DNA of 44,132 nucleotides from Octopus bimaculoides. Lineage: Eukaryota. The notes under the pieces are model-generated. The model saw nothing but the letters and a program-made list of their open reading frames with translations. It was not told the origin of the DNA and did not search any database. The position numbers were made by a program, and so were the translations under genes. The stretch is from the NCBI RefSeq assembly GCF_001194135.2, contig NC_068991.1:8305006-8349137 (forward strand), given 5' to 3'. Positions 1 through 19,302 of the stretch are shown here, piece by piece (position 1 is the stretch's first letter; every line of letters begins with the position of its first letter).

Positions 1-469
1 GGGGGGGGGTTCTGTTGCATTCCTCACAATATCATTTACAGGAGTGATGACATATTGGTATTTTCTTTAGTTCCAAGACTTCTCAATAAGCTGTGATTAA
101 CAGTTTCTGTCTTAGAATCACCGGCCATAATTTCTGCCCCACACTGTTTCGTTTTACGATTATCTTAGCACTACATCGCTGCATGGTATACTTACATTGT
201 TTTTGTTTTTTTCTTATTTTTTATTTTTATATCTGCAAGATGTATTGATTTTAAAACTGCTAAAATATTTAAATATATAAAGCAGAGGCATGGTTATGGG
301 GTAAGAAACTTGCTTCCTAACCATAAGCTTTCAGGTTCAGTTTGACTGTGTGGCACCTCAGGTGAGTGTCTTCTACTATAGACTCAGGCTGACCAAAGTA
401 TTTTAAATGGATTTGGTTACCAGCTCCTGTTAAACTGTCCAACCCATGCCAGCATAGAAGACAGATGTT

Positions 470-592
470 ATATGATAATGATAATGACAATGATGTCGAC
501 AGTGATGACAGCGGTGATAACGATGATGGCGGTAGTTACAACGATGATGGTGGTAGTGACAATGATGATGATGATGATGGTGGTGGTGATGA
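470..592 (+). repeat. Imperfect (GAT/GGT/GAC)n trinucleotide tract forming a SINE tail
   Basis: Visible triplet repeat following the SINE 3' motif ccaacccatgccagcat. Confidence 0.85.
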
Positions 593-1857
593 TTTCTGAA
601 ACAAGGATTTTTCTTGAAGTAATCAGCCACCTGAAAGCAGGAAGTGTTCGTTATGTTAATAACGAATTGCAGTTTTAGTTAACTGTGTTTGAGGTGTTTA
701 ATCCCGACTCACATTTGTAAGGATAATTGTTTAAATGAGAAAGGGATCATATTAAGATAAGATACATTGCGGCTTTTAATTTACTATTTACAAAATATTA
801 CAAACTCTGGACTTTGATATTAATAACTCTTAATAAGTGTGTAGGTAGTTTCTGTTATCTAGGTGACATAAACAGTGCTGGGGTGTGTGTGTGTGGTTAT
901 AGTGAAAGCATGTCGTAGCTAGAGTAAGAATGCGGTAGAAACTATTCAAGGACGTGTCAACAGAAATAGCAACAGCTATTGTGTTGTTTAAGAGATACTG
1001 AATGCCGAAGAGCTGAAGAGGCTGGCTAGAGTTAAGTGTTGTTTGTTAAGTGTGCCACATTGAGAAGATGTTTAGGAGCTGTTACTTCTGTTGGAAACAA
1101 AGAGAGCAGGCTGCATAAAAGTGTAAACAAGAAGCCAAGAAGCACAATGCTGTTTAATAGTGAGATATGAATATTGAATATGGAGGTATAGAGTTTGAGA
1201 TGGAATTTGTCAAGTGTGGGCTGCAGAATGTCTAATGTTAACTTATCTGAAAGACAGGAGGTTACTTACTCTAAAAACAATTTAACAATTCTGCCAACTT
1301 AACGATCAACTGCATTATTTGCAGTTAGAAAGCATACATTTTATTCTGAAATATTCTTTTTATTTTTAAACTCATCTCACTTTCTCTCTCTCTCCCCCAC
1401 CCCTCTCATATTACGGTGGTGAATTGTCGTCAGTGATGGGTAGAATGTCTCATAGTATTTATTCCAAAATTCTGTGCCCCTGACTTCAGATCCTGCAAAG
1501 GTTAATTTTGCCTTTCATCCTTTCAGGGTCAATGATGATGATGATGATGGTTTCAAATTTTAGCACAAGGTCAACAGTTTTCGAGTGGGGTGGGTGGAAG
1601 TTAATTACATTGACCCCCAGTGCTTAACTGGCATTTATTTCATCAACCCTGAAAAGTCAGCCTTGGCAGAATTTGAACTCAGAACATAAAGCTGGAAGAG
1701 GTGCTGCTAAGTATTTTGTCTGGTGTGCTAATGGTTCTGCCAGCTCACCACCATTGCCGATGACGATGATGATCTTAATATATACAGTGCACGGAATGCA
1801 TTACTATCTTATGTGTACCAAAAACTCACAAAGGGAAAAAAATCATAAGGACTTTTG

Positions 1858-2143
1858 AGCGAGATCGTTGCCAGTGCCCCTGGACTGGCTCTTGTGCGGG
1901 TGGCACGTAAAATACACCAGTTTGAGCGTGGCCGTTGCCAGTACCGCCTGACTGGCCTTTGTGCCGGTGGCACGTAAAAGCACCCACTACACTCTCGGAG
2001 TGGTTAACGTTAGGAAGGGCATCCAGCTGTTGAAACTCTGCCAGATCAGATTGGAGCCTGGTGCAGCCATCTGGTTTCACTAGTCCTCAGTCAAATCGTC
2101 TAACCCATGCTAGCATGGAAAGTGGACGTTAAACGATGATGAT
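1858..2143 (+). mobile_element. SINE-like element, family A (ggaagggcatccagc core, ccatgc..gcatgg, (GAT)n tail)
   Basis: Further copies: + at ~4825-5025, 13530-13780, 17636-17797, 18455-18615, 21369-21795, 33130-33310, 34160-34308, 37825-37918; - at ~7880-8085, 9428-9760, 10960-11100, 23470-23580, 27640-27800, 33603-33925. Confidence 0.85.
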
Positions 2144-3044
2144 ATGAACCAGAAACAAGCAGATTCTGTCCAAAGATCTTTGCCCCCCTAAAAAACTTCA
2201 CAGTAAAATATATGGAATCACTTATATAGAATCGGTCGGTTTGTGTTGATTCAAAAGTAATATAATTACTTAATCCATTAGTATTCCAAAACTGATGGAT
2301 AGAATTACTGAGGCAGGAAATTCTTCTTTGGTTTATCTTCAACTTCCACATCAACATAATCATTTTGCTCTTATCTTATTCTACATGTTGCAAAATTATA
2401 TTTTGCCGTTTCTGTTGATATTCGAACCATAATAACTTTTGGTGTCTGGTTTCTTTTTCCATCATATACCATTAAGAGTGGATTAAGTCAAATATAATCT
2501 CTTGTTCCATAAATTGAAATTTAGAAAAAAAAAAAAAAGGTTTAGTTCTGTAACCGAAATGGTAAATAAAATTCTATCTTAAGCAGTTTATCCATCAAAG
2601 TATTACATGAAAGTTTTGGTTATAGCACCGGTCTCTCTCTCTCTCGCTCTCTGGCAGCTGATGAAGGAAATGTTCTCTATGTGGCCTGTGTGTTTTCTGT
2701 ACTCTGTTTATCATTTTGTCCACGTTTTTTTGCAACGTCCTGTACCCAGATATGCGTCTATATATACATGTAGATGTAGGTATGTACATACATGTATGTA
2801 TATATGCATATACTCACTTATTATTTGTATTATATATATATATATATATATATTCGCCATGATAGATCGCTAGCCACTATGCACTTTTGTTTTCTCTCCT
2901 TGTTTCTTTCTGTGGAAGAGCATAGGCTTGAAACGTTAAAGACTTTTTCACTTCCAGAGCATTATACTAATGCATCTGCTTGTTTTCTACACCACCTGTC
3001 TTCATCTTTTGTTTTGTTTTTTTGTGAATTCTCTCCCTATATAT

Positions 3045-3228
3045 ATATCCCAACTTCGCTTGACAACCGTTGCTGGTGTGTTTACGTCCCCGTAACTTAG
3101 CGGTTCGGCAAAACAGACCGATAGAATAAGTACTAGGCTTACAAAGAATAAGTCCTGGGGTCGATTTGCTCGACTAAAGGCGGTGCCCCAGCATGACCGC
3201 AGTCAAATGACTGAAACAAGTAAAAGAG
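3045..3228 (+). mobile_element. SINE-like repeat, family C (cgcttgacaacc...gtaacttagc...gactgaaacaagtaaaagag)
   Basis: Near-identical copy at ~6838-7025 (+); others at ~7490-7645, 29460-29820, 32750-32800 (+) and 38607-38730 (-). Confidence 0.85.
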
Positions 3229-3230
3229 TA

Positions 3231-3262
<32 letters not shown>

Positions 3263-3544
3263 GCTTGTGTGTGTGTGTGTGTATACATACAGGGGCGGGT
3301 GCTGAAAAGTTCCTGGCTTTAAGGGTATTGTGAAAGGCCTGGATGGAGGCCTTACCTTCTGAGTTCTTTAACAGGGTTTAGAAAAACTGAAGTAGACATT
3401 AAACTGATGTTACTCAACTAACATATCATTACTTAATTAGTAGCAAGGCAGCAAGTTGGCAGAATCGTTAGCAGACCAGGTGAGATGCTTAGCAGTATTT
3501 CGTGTGCCACTACATTTCTGAGTTCAAATTCTGCCGAGGTCATT

Positions 3545-3897
3545 TAATTGGAGTAACATTACTCGACAGGCTGGAAAGCTTGGAGATCAGGGAGTCTCTC
3601 AAAGTTAAGCAGCCACTTCTCCACATCGAGTGGTCAAAACTGTGGTACTCAGACATGAGATTAGAATGTCTCGGGAGAGAATCACAAGACAGATTCATCA
3701 AACCAAGTCAACTGGTGGGAGATCCAGGAGTAGACCAAAAACAAGATGGTTGGATTATAGCCATAGACTCGGTCAGCTGCACTTGAGAATCTAGCAGAAA
3801 AGTGTGATGGTAATTGCTTCTATGGAGGAGGTGCCTAAGGACTCTATCCCCATGATCTTCCCAGGATCAGTGAGTGGAGATGATGGATGGATGGATG
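3545..3897 (+). pseudogene. 3' end of an RTE-clade LINE (frameshifted RT C-terminus) with (GATG)n tail
   Basis: Reads LLHIEWSKLWY, then in another frame HEIRMSRERITRQI..TGGRSRSRPKTRWLDY, the typical RTE GxRxRGRPxxRW-D tail; ends in gatggatggatgga. Confidence 0.75.
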
Positions 3898-5903
3898 GAA
3901 TTTTCCTCCACCAGTTCCAGATGTCTTACAGGGAAAATTTTACAATTACATCATACTACTGCAACAAAAGTATCACACCATAATTCTACAATCGTATCAT
4001 ATCTTATCACAGCTGCTGTGCGTAATAAAAATATATCGTTTCTTTTGTTTAATATTTATTAACAGTAGCTACATTCACTTATATATTCTAGAAAATGTTG
4101 GAGAGTTTGGCAAAAACAAACATCCACATTAATCACTGAATGTCATTCTTGATGTTAATAGTTTAATAAGAGCAAGAGAATTTCATTTTCCAGTTGTAAA
4201 GTTGATTAATGCAAATAATATAGTAATGAACCGAGAAGCAAAACAAAAGAATTTGTGGATAATCACTGTATCAGTAAACAACATGTAGCAGGAATATTGG
4301 CAGAGTCCCAAACATCAACTCATTGCCAAGAAATCAAACTCAAATCACTATGTTTAGATGTAAAAATAACTAAGCACCGCAACAGGATTCTGTCAAAGAT
4401 TGATAACGTCAGCAAAGAACTATCCATTTCAGATCTCTGGTAGACACATCAAGAATGTTTTTTTATTATCAGTAGATAGCTAATCAGTAAAAACAACAGA
4501 ACCAGTAGATGTTTAACACATTGTTATATCCCAGTTGTGATAAAAACATATGGGATTGTCATTAACGATTTTGTCTTTGGCGTGTTTTCTTTGACAGACC
4601 TTGGCTGCAGTTGTTTGAAGGATGAAGTGGGACAAAGCGTGAATCCAGATAGAATTAAGTGGATATAAAATGACGATGATGATGATGATGATGATGTGGA
4701 TGGTGGTAGCGATGATAATGATGAAGATGATTTTGAAAAGGCAATTTAAGCTTTATGATGTTGGTTCAGTTTCTTTTCAAATATATCTAAAATGACAGAT
4801 ATGAAAAAAATCTCGCCTGTGCTTGTGCCCATGAAAAGCACTGAGTCCACTCTGCTGAGTGGTTGGTGTTAGGAAGGGCATCCAGCTGTAAAAATCCTGC
4901 CAAAACAGTCACAGAAGTCTGGTGCAGGCTTCGGCCTGGCTGGCTCTTGTGGTACCATCCCACCCATACTAGCAGGGAAGACGGACATTAAACGAAGATG
5001 ATGATGATGATGATGATAGCAGATGATGAAACAATTTTCTATTATGAAACTGTTGTCAGTTGGAACAAATTTTTGGTGTAAGTGACAACAAAGAACTGAA
5101 TACAGGAGTGTAGATATCTAAGGCCTTGTTCAAAAGTACTAAGTTCTAAGCTTGCTGGCACTGAAGTTTCCTTGAATTACTTGCAGCATTAGTAAAAAAA
5201 ATATTAAAAAATAAGGACCAAAAATATGAGCGAGACATTCAATTACCAATATTATCACCCTCTTAAAAGAACAACAACAATAAAAAAGATGGAAAGACAG
5301 AGACTCCTGAGTAAAAAAAAAAGGAAGAACTTTATCTGTTTTTTCATTAAAGTCTTGAAGTACAGTATACAGGTATGAGACGTTTTGGTGCCGCCTGCTT
5401 GGCATTGCTGATTCCACACAAATTTATTTGATGTAAGATGTTTCAACATATCTCTCATTCTCTCCCTCGTTCACTTCCTCAATGTGTTTATGTGTGAGCA
5501 TCTTTTAATTTCTCTATTTCTCTCTATACGTAGGAGAAGAGAGGAAAAGGGCTCATGGCAATTCTGTTCAATCAATGAAATCGAATGTCTCTCTCTCTCT
5601 CTATTTCTCTCACTTTTTATGTGTACATTTCTGCACATGCATGCATGTGTGTTTGGGCCTCCAGCACCAAAAAGTGCCGTTGCCAAAACACACCGAATGT
5701 CCAGTCAGTTGTGTGAAATCGTCAATGTCCAAACAACCACACCCAATCATCTCTTCCTGCAATATACACACTGATTCCAAAGTACTGTTATACATTTACA
5801 ATTATTACTATTATTATTATTGTTGTTGTTGTTAGAATTTATTTTCTGATATGGAATATGAATTTAGAATTCATTTCATTGTATGTGAACCCATATACAT
5901 ACT

Positions 5904-5950
<47 letters not shown>

Positions 5951-6602
5951 NNNNNNNNNNNNNNNNNNNNNNNNNNNNNNNNNNNNNNNNNNNNNNNNNN
6001 NNNNNNNNNNNNNNNNNNNNNNNNNNNNNNNNNNNNNNNNNNNNNNNNNNNNNNNNNNNNNNNNNNNNNNNNNNNNNNNNNNNNNNNNNNNNNNNNNNNN
6101 NNNNNNNNNNNNNNNNNNNNNNNNNNNNNNNNNNNNNNNNNNNNNNNNNNNNNNNNNNNNNNNNNNNNNNNNNNNNNNNNNNNNNNNNNNNNNNNNNNNN
6201 NNNNNNNNNNNNNNNNNNNNNNNNNNNNNNNNNNNNNNNNNNNNNNNNNNNNNNNNNNNNNNNNNNNNNNNNNNNNNNNNNNNNNNNNNNNNNNNNNNNN
6301 NNNNNNNNNNNNNNNNNNNNNNNNNNNNNNNNNNNNNNNNNNNNNNNNNNNNNNNNNNNNNNNNNNNNNNNNNNNNNNNNNNNNNNNNNNNNNNNNNNNN
6401 NNNNNNNNNNNNNNNNNNNNNNNNNNNNNNNNNNNNNNNNNNNNNNNNNNNNNNNNNNNNNNNNNNNNNNNNNNNNNNNNNNNNNNNNNNNNNNNNNNNN
6501 NNNNNNNNNNNNNNNNNNNNNNNNNNNNNNNNNNNNNNNNNNNNNNNNNNNNNNNNNNNNNNNNNNNNNNNNNNNNNNNNNNNNNNNNNNNNNNNNNNNN
6601 NN
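5951..6602. other. Assembly gap
   Basis: N-run. Other gaps: 8691-8700, 12414-13025, 20349-20358, 24566-24702, 32513-32686, 39452-39884; several abut (AT)n tracts. Confidence 1.
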
Positions 6603-8126
6603 AAAAAAAAAAAAAAAAAAGGGTGAAAATAAAATTAATACTTTATCACTTGAAAATAAATTCGATAATACCAATAAGAATATTTTATATCTAAACTTCC
6701 ACATCTGTTTTTCCAATTATCTTTTTACTGGTTTCAGTCACTGAACTGTGGCCATGCTAGGGCACTTCCTTGATGAAGCCCATCATATATATTTTTGTGT
6801 ATATATATATATATGTATGTGTGTTTGTGTGTCTGTGTTTGTCCCCCCAACATTGCCTGACAACCGATGCTGGTGTGTTTACGTCCCCGTAACTTAGCAG
6901 TTTGGCAAAATAGACCGATGGAATAAGTACTAGGCTTACAAAGAATAAGTCCTGGGGTCGATTTGCTCGACTAAAGGCGGTGCTCCAGCATGGCCACAGT
7001 CAAATGACTGAAACAAGTAAAAGAGTAGATATATATGCATGACAGACTTCCACACAGTTTCTGTCAACCATATTCACTCTCAAAGCATTAGTCAGCCTGT
7101 GGCTATTATAGAAGAAACTCGCCCAAGGTGCCACACACTGTGAATGATTCTGAAACCACGTGATTGCAAAGCAAGAAAACAATATTTCATTACTATACAA
7201 ATGAAATATTTGCAAAGTAAATAGAGTTACATCCCTTGAGCAATAAACGAACACAAGAACAAGAATTACATGAGGATATGGTAAGCGTGTCCAGAGTGGG
7301 CAATAAGTTCAATGTCTGAGTGGTTAAGAAGTTTGCTTTGCAACTAAATGGTTTTATGTTCAGTTTGAGCAACAAGAGACTTTTACTATAGCCCCAGGCC
7401 GGCCAATGCCTCGTGAGTGAATTTGGGAGATGGAAATTATTTGGAAGCCTGTTGTGTATGTGTGTGCGTGCATGTGTGTTCATGTGTTCGTCTTCCCAAT
7501 GCTTGACAACTGGTGTTCGTCTGTTTATGTCGCCCTTTAACTTAGCAGTTCAACTGAAGTGACCGATAGAATAAATACCAGAGCTAAGACCATAAGTACA
7601 ATGCTTGATTTGTTTGACTAAAATCCTTCACAGTTGTGCTCCAGCAATTAAAAGATGAAAGACACCCTAGGGTTCTCTCATCAGCTGCCATCTTAGTGCA
7701 TGTAGTCCTTGAGGAATTCAGGATGGGATGCCCTACAGGCATTTCAAATGTGAATGAAACTATAAAATGGGATAGGGTCAACATAACTAAATCCACCAGT
7801 TCTGCTGCAATAAACCCTGTCCAATCCATACAAAAATGGAAAAGTGAATTCTAGACGCCGCCGCCGCTGCCGACGACGACAGCTTAACATTCATTTTCCA
7901 TACTGGTCTGGATTGGATGGTTTGATCAGAGCTGGTAAGGCTGAGGGCCACACCAGGTTCCACTGTCTGTTTTGACTTGATTTCTATGTCTGAATACCCT
8001 TCCTAAAGCCAACCACTTCACAGAGAGTACTGGGTACTTTTATGTGGTACCAGCACCAGTGCTTTTAATGTGCTACCAGCATCAGTGAGCAAATAAATTA
8101 ATAAGATACTCCAATGTAATACTTAC

Positions 8127-15490
<7,364 letters not shown>

Positions 15491-15615
15491 TGTTGTTATT
15501 AAAAATCTTCTAAAATCTTTGCCTGTGTTGTGTATTTGTGTATTACGTAAGAAGATGGTGAATAGCAAAAAGATCTTTAGTTAGATGATCGCCACATGTT
15601 GATGTGGTTAGTTTC

Positions 15616-15617
<2 letters not shown>

Positions 15618-15685
<68 letters not shown>
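15618..15685. repeat. (TA)n microsatellite upstream of SIRT3 exon 1
   Basis: Pure dinucleotide run. Similar runs at ~5905-5950, 30629-30698 (followed by (TG)n) and 43040-43100. Confidence 0.95.
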
Positions 15686-15687
<2 letters not shown>

Positions 15688-15916
15688 AAGCAAAACATGG
15701 AAACATAATTTCTCTTTCAACTAATTCTGAGGTTCGTTTGTCAGTTAACTAATATTCATAAAGAGAATTTCGAAATTTGACAATTCGGTATCTAGAGACG
15801 AAGACAATATACTTAGCAGTAACAATGTCAGATGTGTTGCGACGAGGAGAATGGACGCAGATATCCACAGAAAACTTCCAAACATTCAAAAACAGGTGTT
15901 TTGCAATAATCTAAAA

Positions 15917-16463
15917 CCGTGGTTCCCAAACTTTTTAGAGACGCGACCCACTATTTATGGCACCAGTTTATGGCGACCCACTTAACTCTACTGGGTAAAA
16001 ACATTAATGAAAGAAACAAATTTATTTCAGATTACATTTTTATTGAGACCTGTGAGAGGGCCTCGTTTATATTAAATGTGAAACAAAATGTTTTATAACT
16101 GTTTCGATGTCTCCATACCCTATGGGTAGGTATTAACTCTAATACAAAACCTCGAAGCAGTAACTGTTATCGGCCCGATCAGTGTTGTACTGCGCCGAGT
16201 TAAAGTTCTCTATAAATAGGTAAAAACAGACTTTTCCTTTTTACGATTACGTTACGAATAAATAACTTGAGAAAATGACCACCTCTGATTTGTTAAGTTC
16301 GTGAAAAAAAGCCTACTGCTTGATAAAACAACCAGTCTGGTATTGAAAACATGAGTCTTGAACTGTCTCGATAGACAGCAGTTAATCAAAGGTAATGCGT
16401 AATCTTATAACTTTTTGCGACCCACTAAGATTCCGTTCGCGACTCATAGTTTGGGAACCACTG
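15917..16463. mobile_element. hAT (Charlie-type) MITE
   Basis: TIR C(A/C)GTGGTTCCCAAACT ... AGTTTGGGAACCACTG; flanks atctaaaa / (a)ttctaaaa resemble an NTCTARAN target. Confidence 0.8.
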
Positions 16464-16836
16464 ATTCTAAAATATTAGATATCCAGCAACTGTGGACAAA
16501 GAACATTGGTGTAAAAGCCAAGTAGGAACTCATCGCCAGCAAATATGAATAGGCCATGCACAAGCTAAAAAGACCAAAGGGATAGATCCATTTGGTAATG
16601 CGAACCTTGGATTACAACAGGAGTGAAAGGGAAAAACAGAACGTCCGTGGATCCTTTGGTGGTGATCGGTAGAATAGGAACTCAAGATCAAACGAGGAGC
16701 CAAGATGTGCTAGAAAAAGTCGATAGAAAACTTATTCCGCTAAAAAGAAAGAAAAAAACAAACAAACAAACCATGCCGAAACCGGGAGACAGAAATATAT
16801 ATTTTTTGAAACGTTAAATAATAACATATATTTTAC

Positions 16837-16864
16837 CTTCTGCAACGCAAGTATTCGAATCCAT
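16837..16864 (-). CDS. Candidate alternative first coding exon of SIRT3 (MDSNTCVAE)
   Basis: ATG at 16864, AAG|gtaaaa phase-1 donor compatible with the exon 2 acceptor; lies in CpG-enriched DNA. No transcript evidence. Confidence 0.4.
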
Positions 16865-17256
16865 TTCGTGTGGGATCTCTTTTTTCTCCATAATATAAAA
16901 ATTTAAATGTACAAAACGTGTGTATAAAAATAGACAGTTTCGTATAATAAAATCTCTACTGTACGAGTAATGATCATACTATCAGGAGGTGAAAGTTGAC
17001 ACTTGTTCAGAGAGAAACAAACAGATTTGTTAACTACGAACAACGATGGGAGATAACTGGTATTACATTGCTGACCAATAGTAAAGTATTGACAGCAGTG
17101 AATATTGGTAATTTCAGCTTACAAAAGTATATTCTCAATAAAGTATATATCTGTATATGTATATTTATATTGACTATATAATTTCAGAGAAATGTGTATT
17201 GTGAAATAAAGAACGAAATCGACAGAATTGTGTTTTATCCATTCCTCATGCTTAAT

Positions 17257-17264
17257 ACTTCCGG
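17257..17264. promoter_or_regulatory. ETS/GABP-type site ACTTCCGG in the putative SIRT3 upstream promoter
   Basis: Exact core motif about 400 bp upstream of the candidate alternative first exon, in CpG-enriched sequence. Confidence 0.35.
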
Positions 17265-18639
17265 TTATTGTCACACATGGTTAACTCCCTTCCTTAGCAA
17301 CAGTTGCTAGCTAATAATCCAGGGGCTCGTTCCTTACCAGTAGTTCTACGGATAGTTTTCTTTAAAAAAAAAAAAAATCATTCGAGGAAAAGCTTTGACT
17401 GTCAGTTTTCTCTGTCATTTGGCAGACCTAAAAATATTTATTAAGGATAGCGTCAATTGAGCTTATTATACAAATAGTTTGTTCTATTAGTCGTTATAAT
17501 GGAAGGTAGCCATGTATCTTCTCTCTAGCAAAATTATACATTAGCCTCTCAACACAAGGCATAAAAACTACCGCTCTGCCTCTCAAATACATTTGCCCCC
17601 TCTCAGGCGATCTCACTTGTGTCAATACCATGGAAAAACACCCAGTACACAGTAAAGTGGTTGGCGTTAGGAAGAAAATCCAGCTGTAGAAGACCTGCCA
17701 AAAATGACACTGGAACTTGGTACAGACCTGTGGCTCTGCAGTTCTTGTCAAACTGTCCAAACCCATGCCAGCTTGGAAAACATATTAAATGATGATCTCT
17801 TTTAACTTGACAAAGGAATTTCAACCATGTTTCGTGGTCTGCTACCACAACAGCTCCTTTATAGGATCCAGTTAGCTCAAGGCATCAACAGGAGGAACCA
17901 CGTCCAGTTTTGGCCCCTTCTCCTCTACCGTTTTGACGTGGCCCCCCCCCTTTCGGCGGTGTCTTCAGCTCTGGTGTTGGGTGCATGTCTTCTTTCTTCT
18001 ATTCCCTGGCCTCTTTGATGCAGCATCAACAAGTGTCAGCGTCCGACTGACTGTCTTGTCAAATTCCCCTTTTTATACCTGCTGCTAGGCTCCAGCAGGT
18101 TGAAAATTTGATTCTTAATCAATCAGGGTTGTAAAAGTTTGTGGCAGTGGGCTTGAAAAGGTCTTCATTGTAGATGTAGTCTTTCATGTGTTTAGAGAGG
18201 TAAATACAGGTATAGTTTGGATGGATAGATAAATAATGGAAAAGAAACAAAACTGTTTCAGCTGCTTAGTTTAATGTGTTTGTATTTTGGATCGAATAAC
18301 ACCATTTTGGCCACTTGTATTCATCATACTCTTTTGGTTATCGCCCAATTTTTTTCCCCACTCATTACAAAGATCTTAAAATTTTTTTAAGTCATTGGTA
18401 ATATTTTCTTCCAATTAAAAGTCTGTTGTCTTTTCATTTTATCACCGTTTAGAGTCCACACTGTTGGCATTAAGAAGGGCACCAAGCTGTAAAAACCGTG
18501 GCACAGCAGACATTGGAACTCAATGCAGTCCTCAACCACGTCAGTTACTGTCAAACCACCCAACACATGCCAGCATGGAACATGGATGTTAAATGATAAT
18601 AATGATGATGATGATTGAACAGAAACACGTCCCAAATCT

Positions 18640-18735
18640 AAAAAATACATTTATTTAAATAACTAAACAAGTTGCTTTATTAAGAAACATGACTTTTATA
18701 AAAAATATTTTTTTAAAATGATATTTATTTATAAC
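18640..18735 (-). terminator. Probable CLN3 polyadenylation region
   Basis: Several minus-strand AATAAA (plus-strand TTTATT near 18652, 18677, 18725) about 450-520 nt past the stop codon. The region is very AT-rich, so chance hits are possible. Confidence 0.4.
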
Positions 18736-19173
18736 AAGATTATATAAAAAAACATATTTAAAAAATGCATGGGTGTATATTATTTAAATTATGTAAGATA
18801 ACTAGGAAAATAAAGTGATATAAATATGGTTCTTAAAATATATATAAAAAGATGAAATGAGAGTATCAGCCAAGTGAATGAAAAATTAAATTATAGTTTC
18901 AAATCATGATATTGGTCTGCATATCATCTTATTATAAAACTTCACTGTCCATCTTATCTCAGTAAACCCAGAAGAAATCACAAAAACGAGAACTATTGTC
19001 ACTTCTCGGCCCCATGCTTATTAATGTTAACAATGGTGTCATGATTAAATTATTCTGGATGTCTGACTTAAAAAAAAAAAATCACTCCTTGTTAGATTTG
19101 GCCCGCTTAAGAAGTGATAAAATCAAATATTAAAATTTGTCTTTATGATATTATGTTGATCATTTACTGCTGA

Positions 19174-19302
19174 TTACATCTTGATAGGTCTTCGACAAAT
19201 GCTGTTGTGAGCCGGAATTGAAATAAGCCCGGCAATGGCTATGCCCATTGAATCAGCAACACAGGTCACTCCAATACTGAACTCTAAGTATTCGGGGCTA
19301 AT
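19174..19302 (-). CDS. CLN3: CLN3 terminal exon 15 ([25 protein letters not shown]...CRRPIKM*)
   Basis: EF...D..GI motif; TAA at 19176-19174. Confidence 0.95.
   Translation of the reverse strand: MSPEYLEFSIGVTCVADSMGIAIAGLISIPAHNSICRRPIKM

Noticed and set aside
190-235. Minus-strand cag...gtaagt exon-like segment
   Set aside because: A-rich low-complexity sequence, stops in two phases, and the wrong phase for SIRT3 exon 9.
430-678. His-rich and Met/Val-rich ORFs
   Set aside because: They are translations of a (GAT/GGT)n SINE tail.
2305-2380. Coding-looking minus frame EQNDYVDVEVEDKPKKNFLPQ*
   Set aside because: An in-frame stop lies just upstream and there is no credible acceptor.
5851-6744. 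Long ORFs of 200-300 aa here and at 12337-13269, 24306-24983, 32436-32780 and 39326-40022
   Set aside because: They span N-gaps and (AT)n runs. Only the SIRT3 exon 3 part of 12337-13269 is real.
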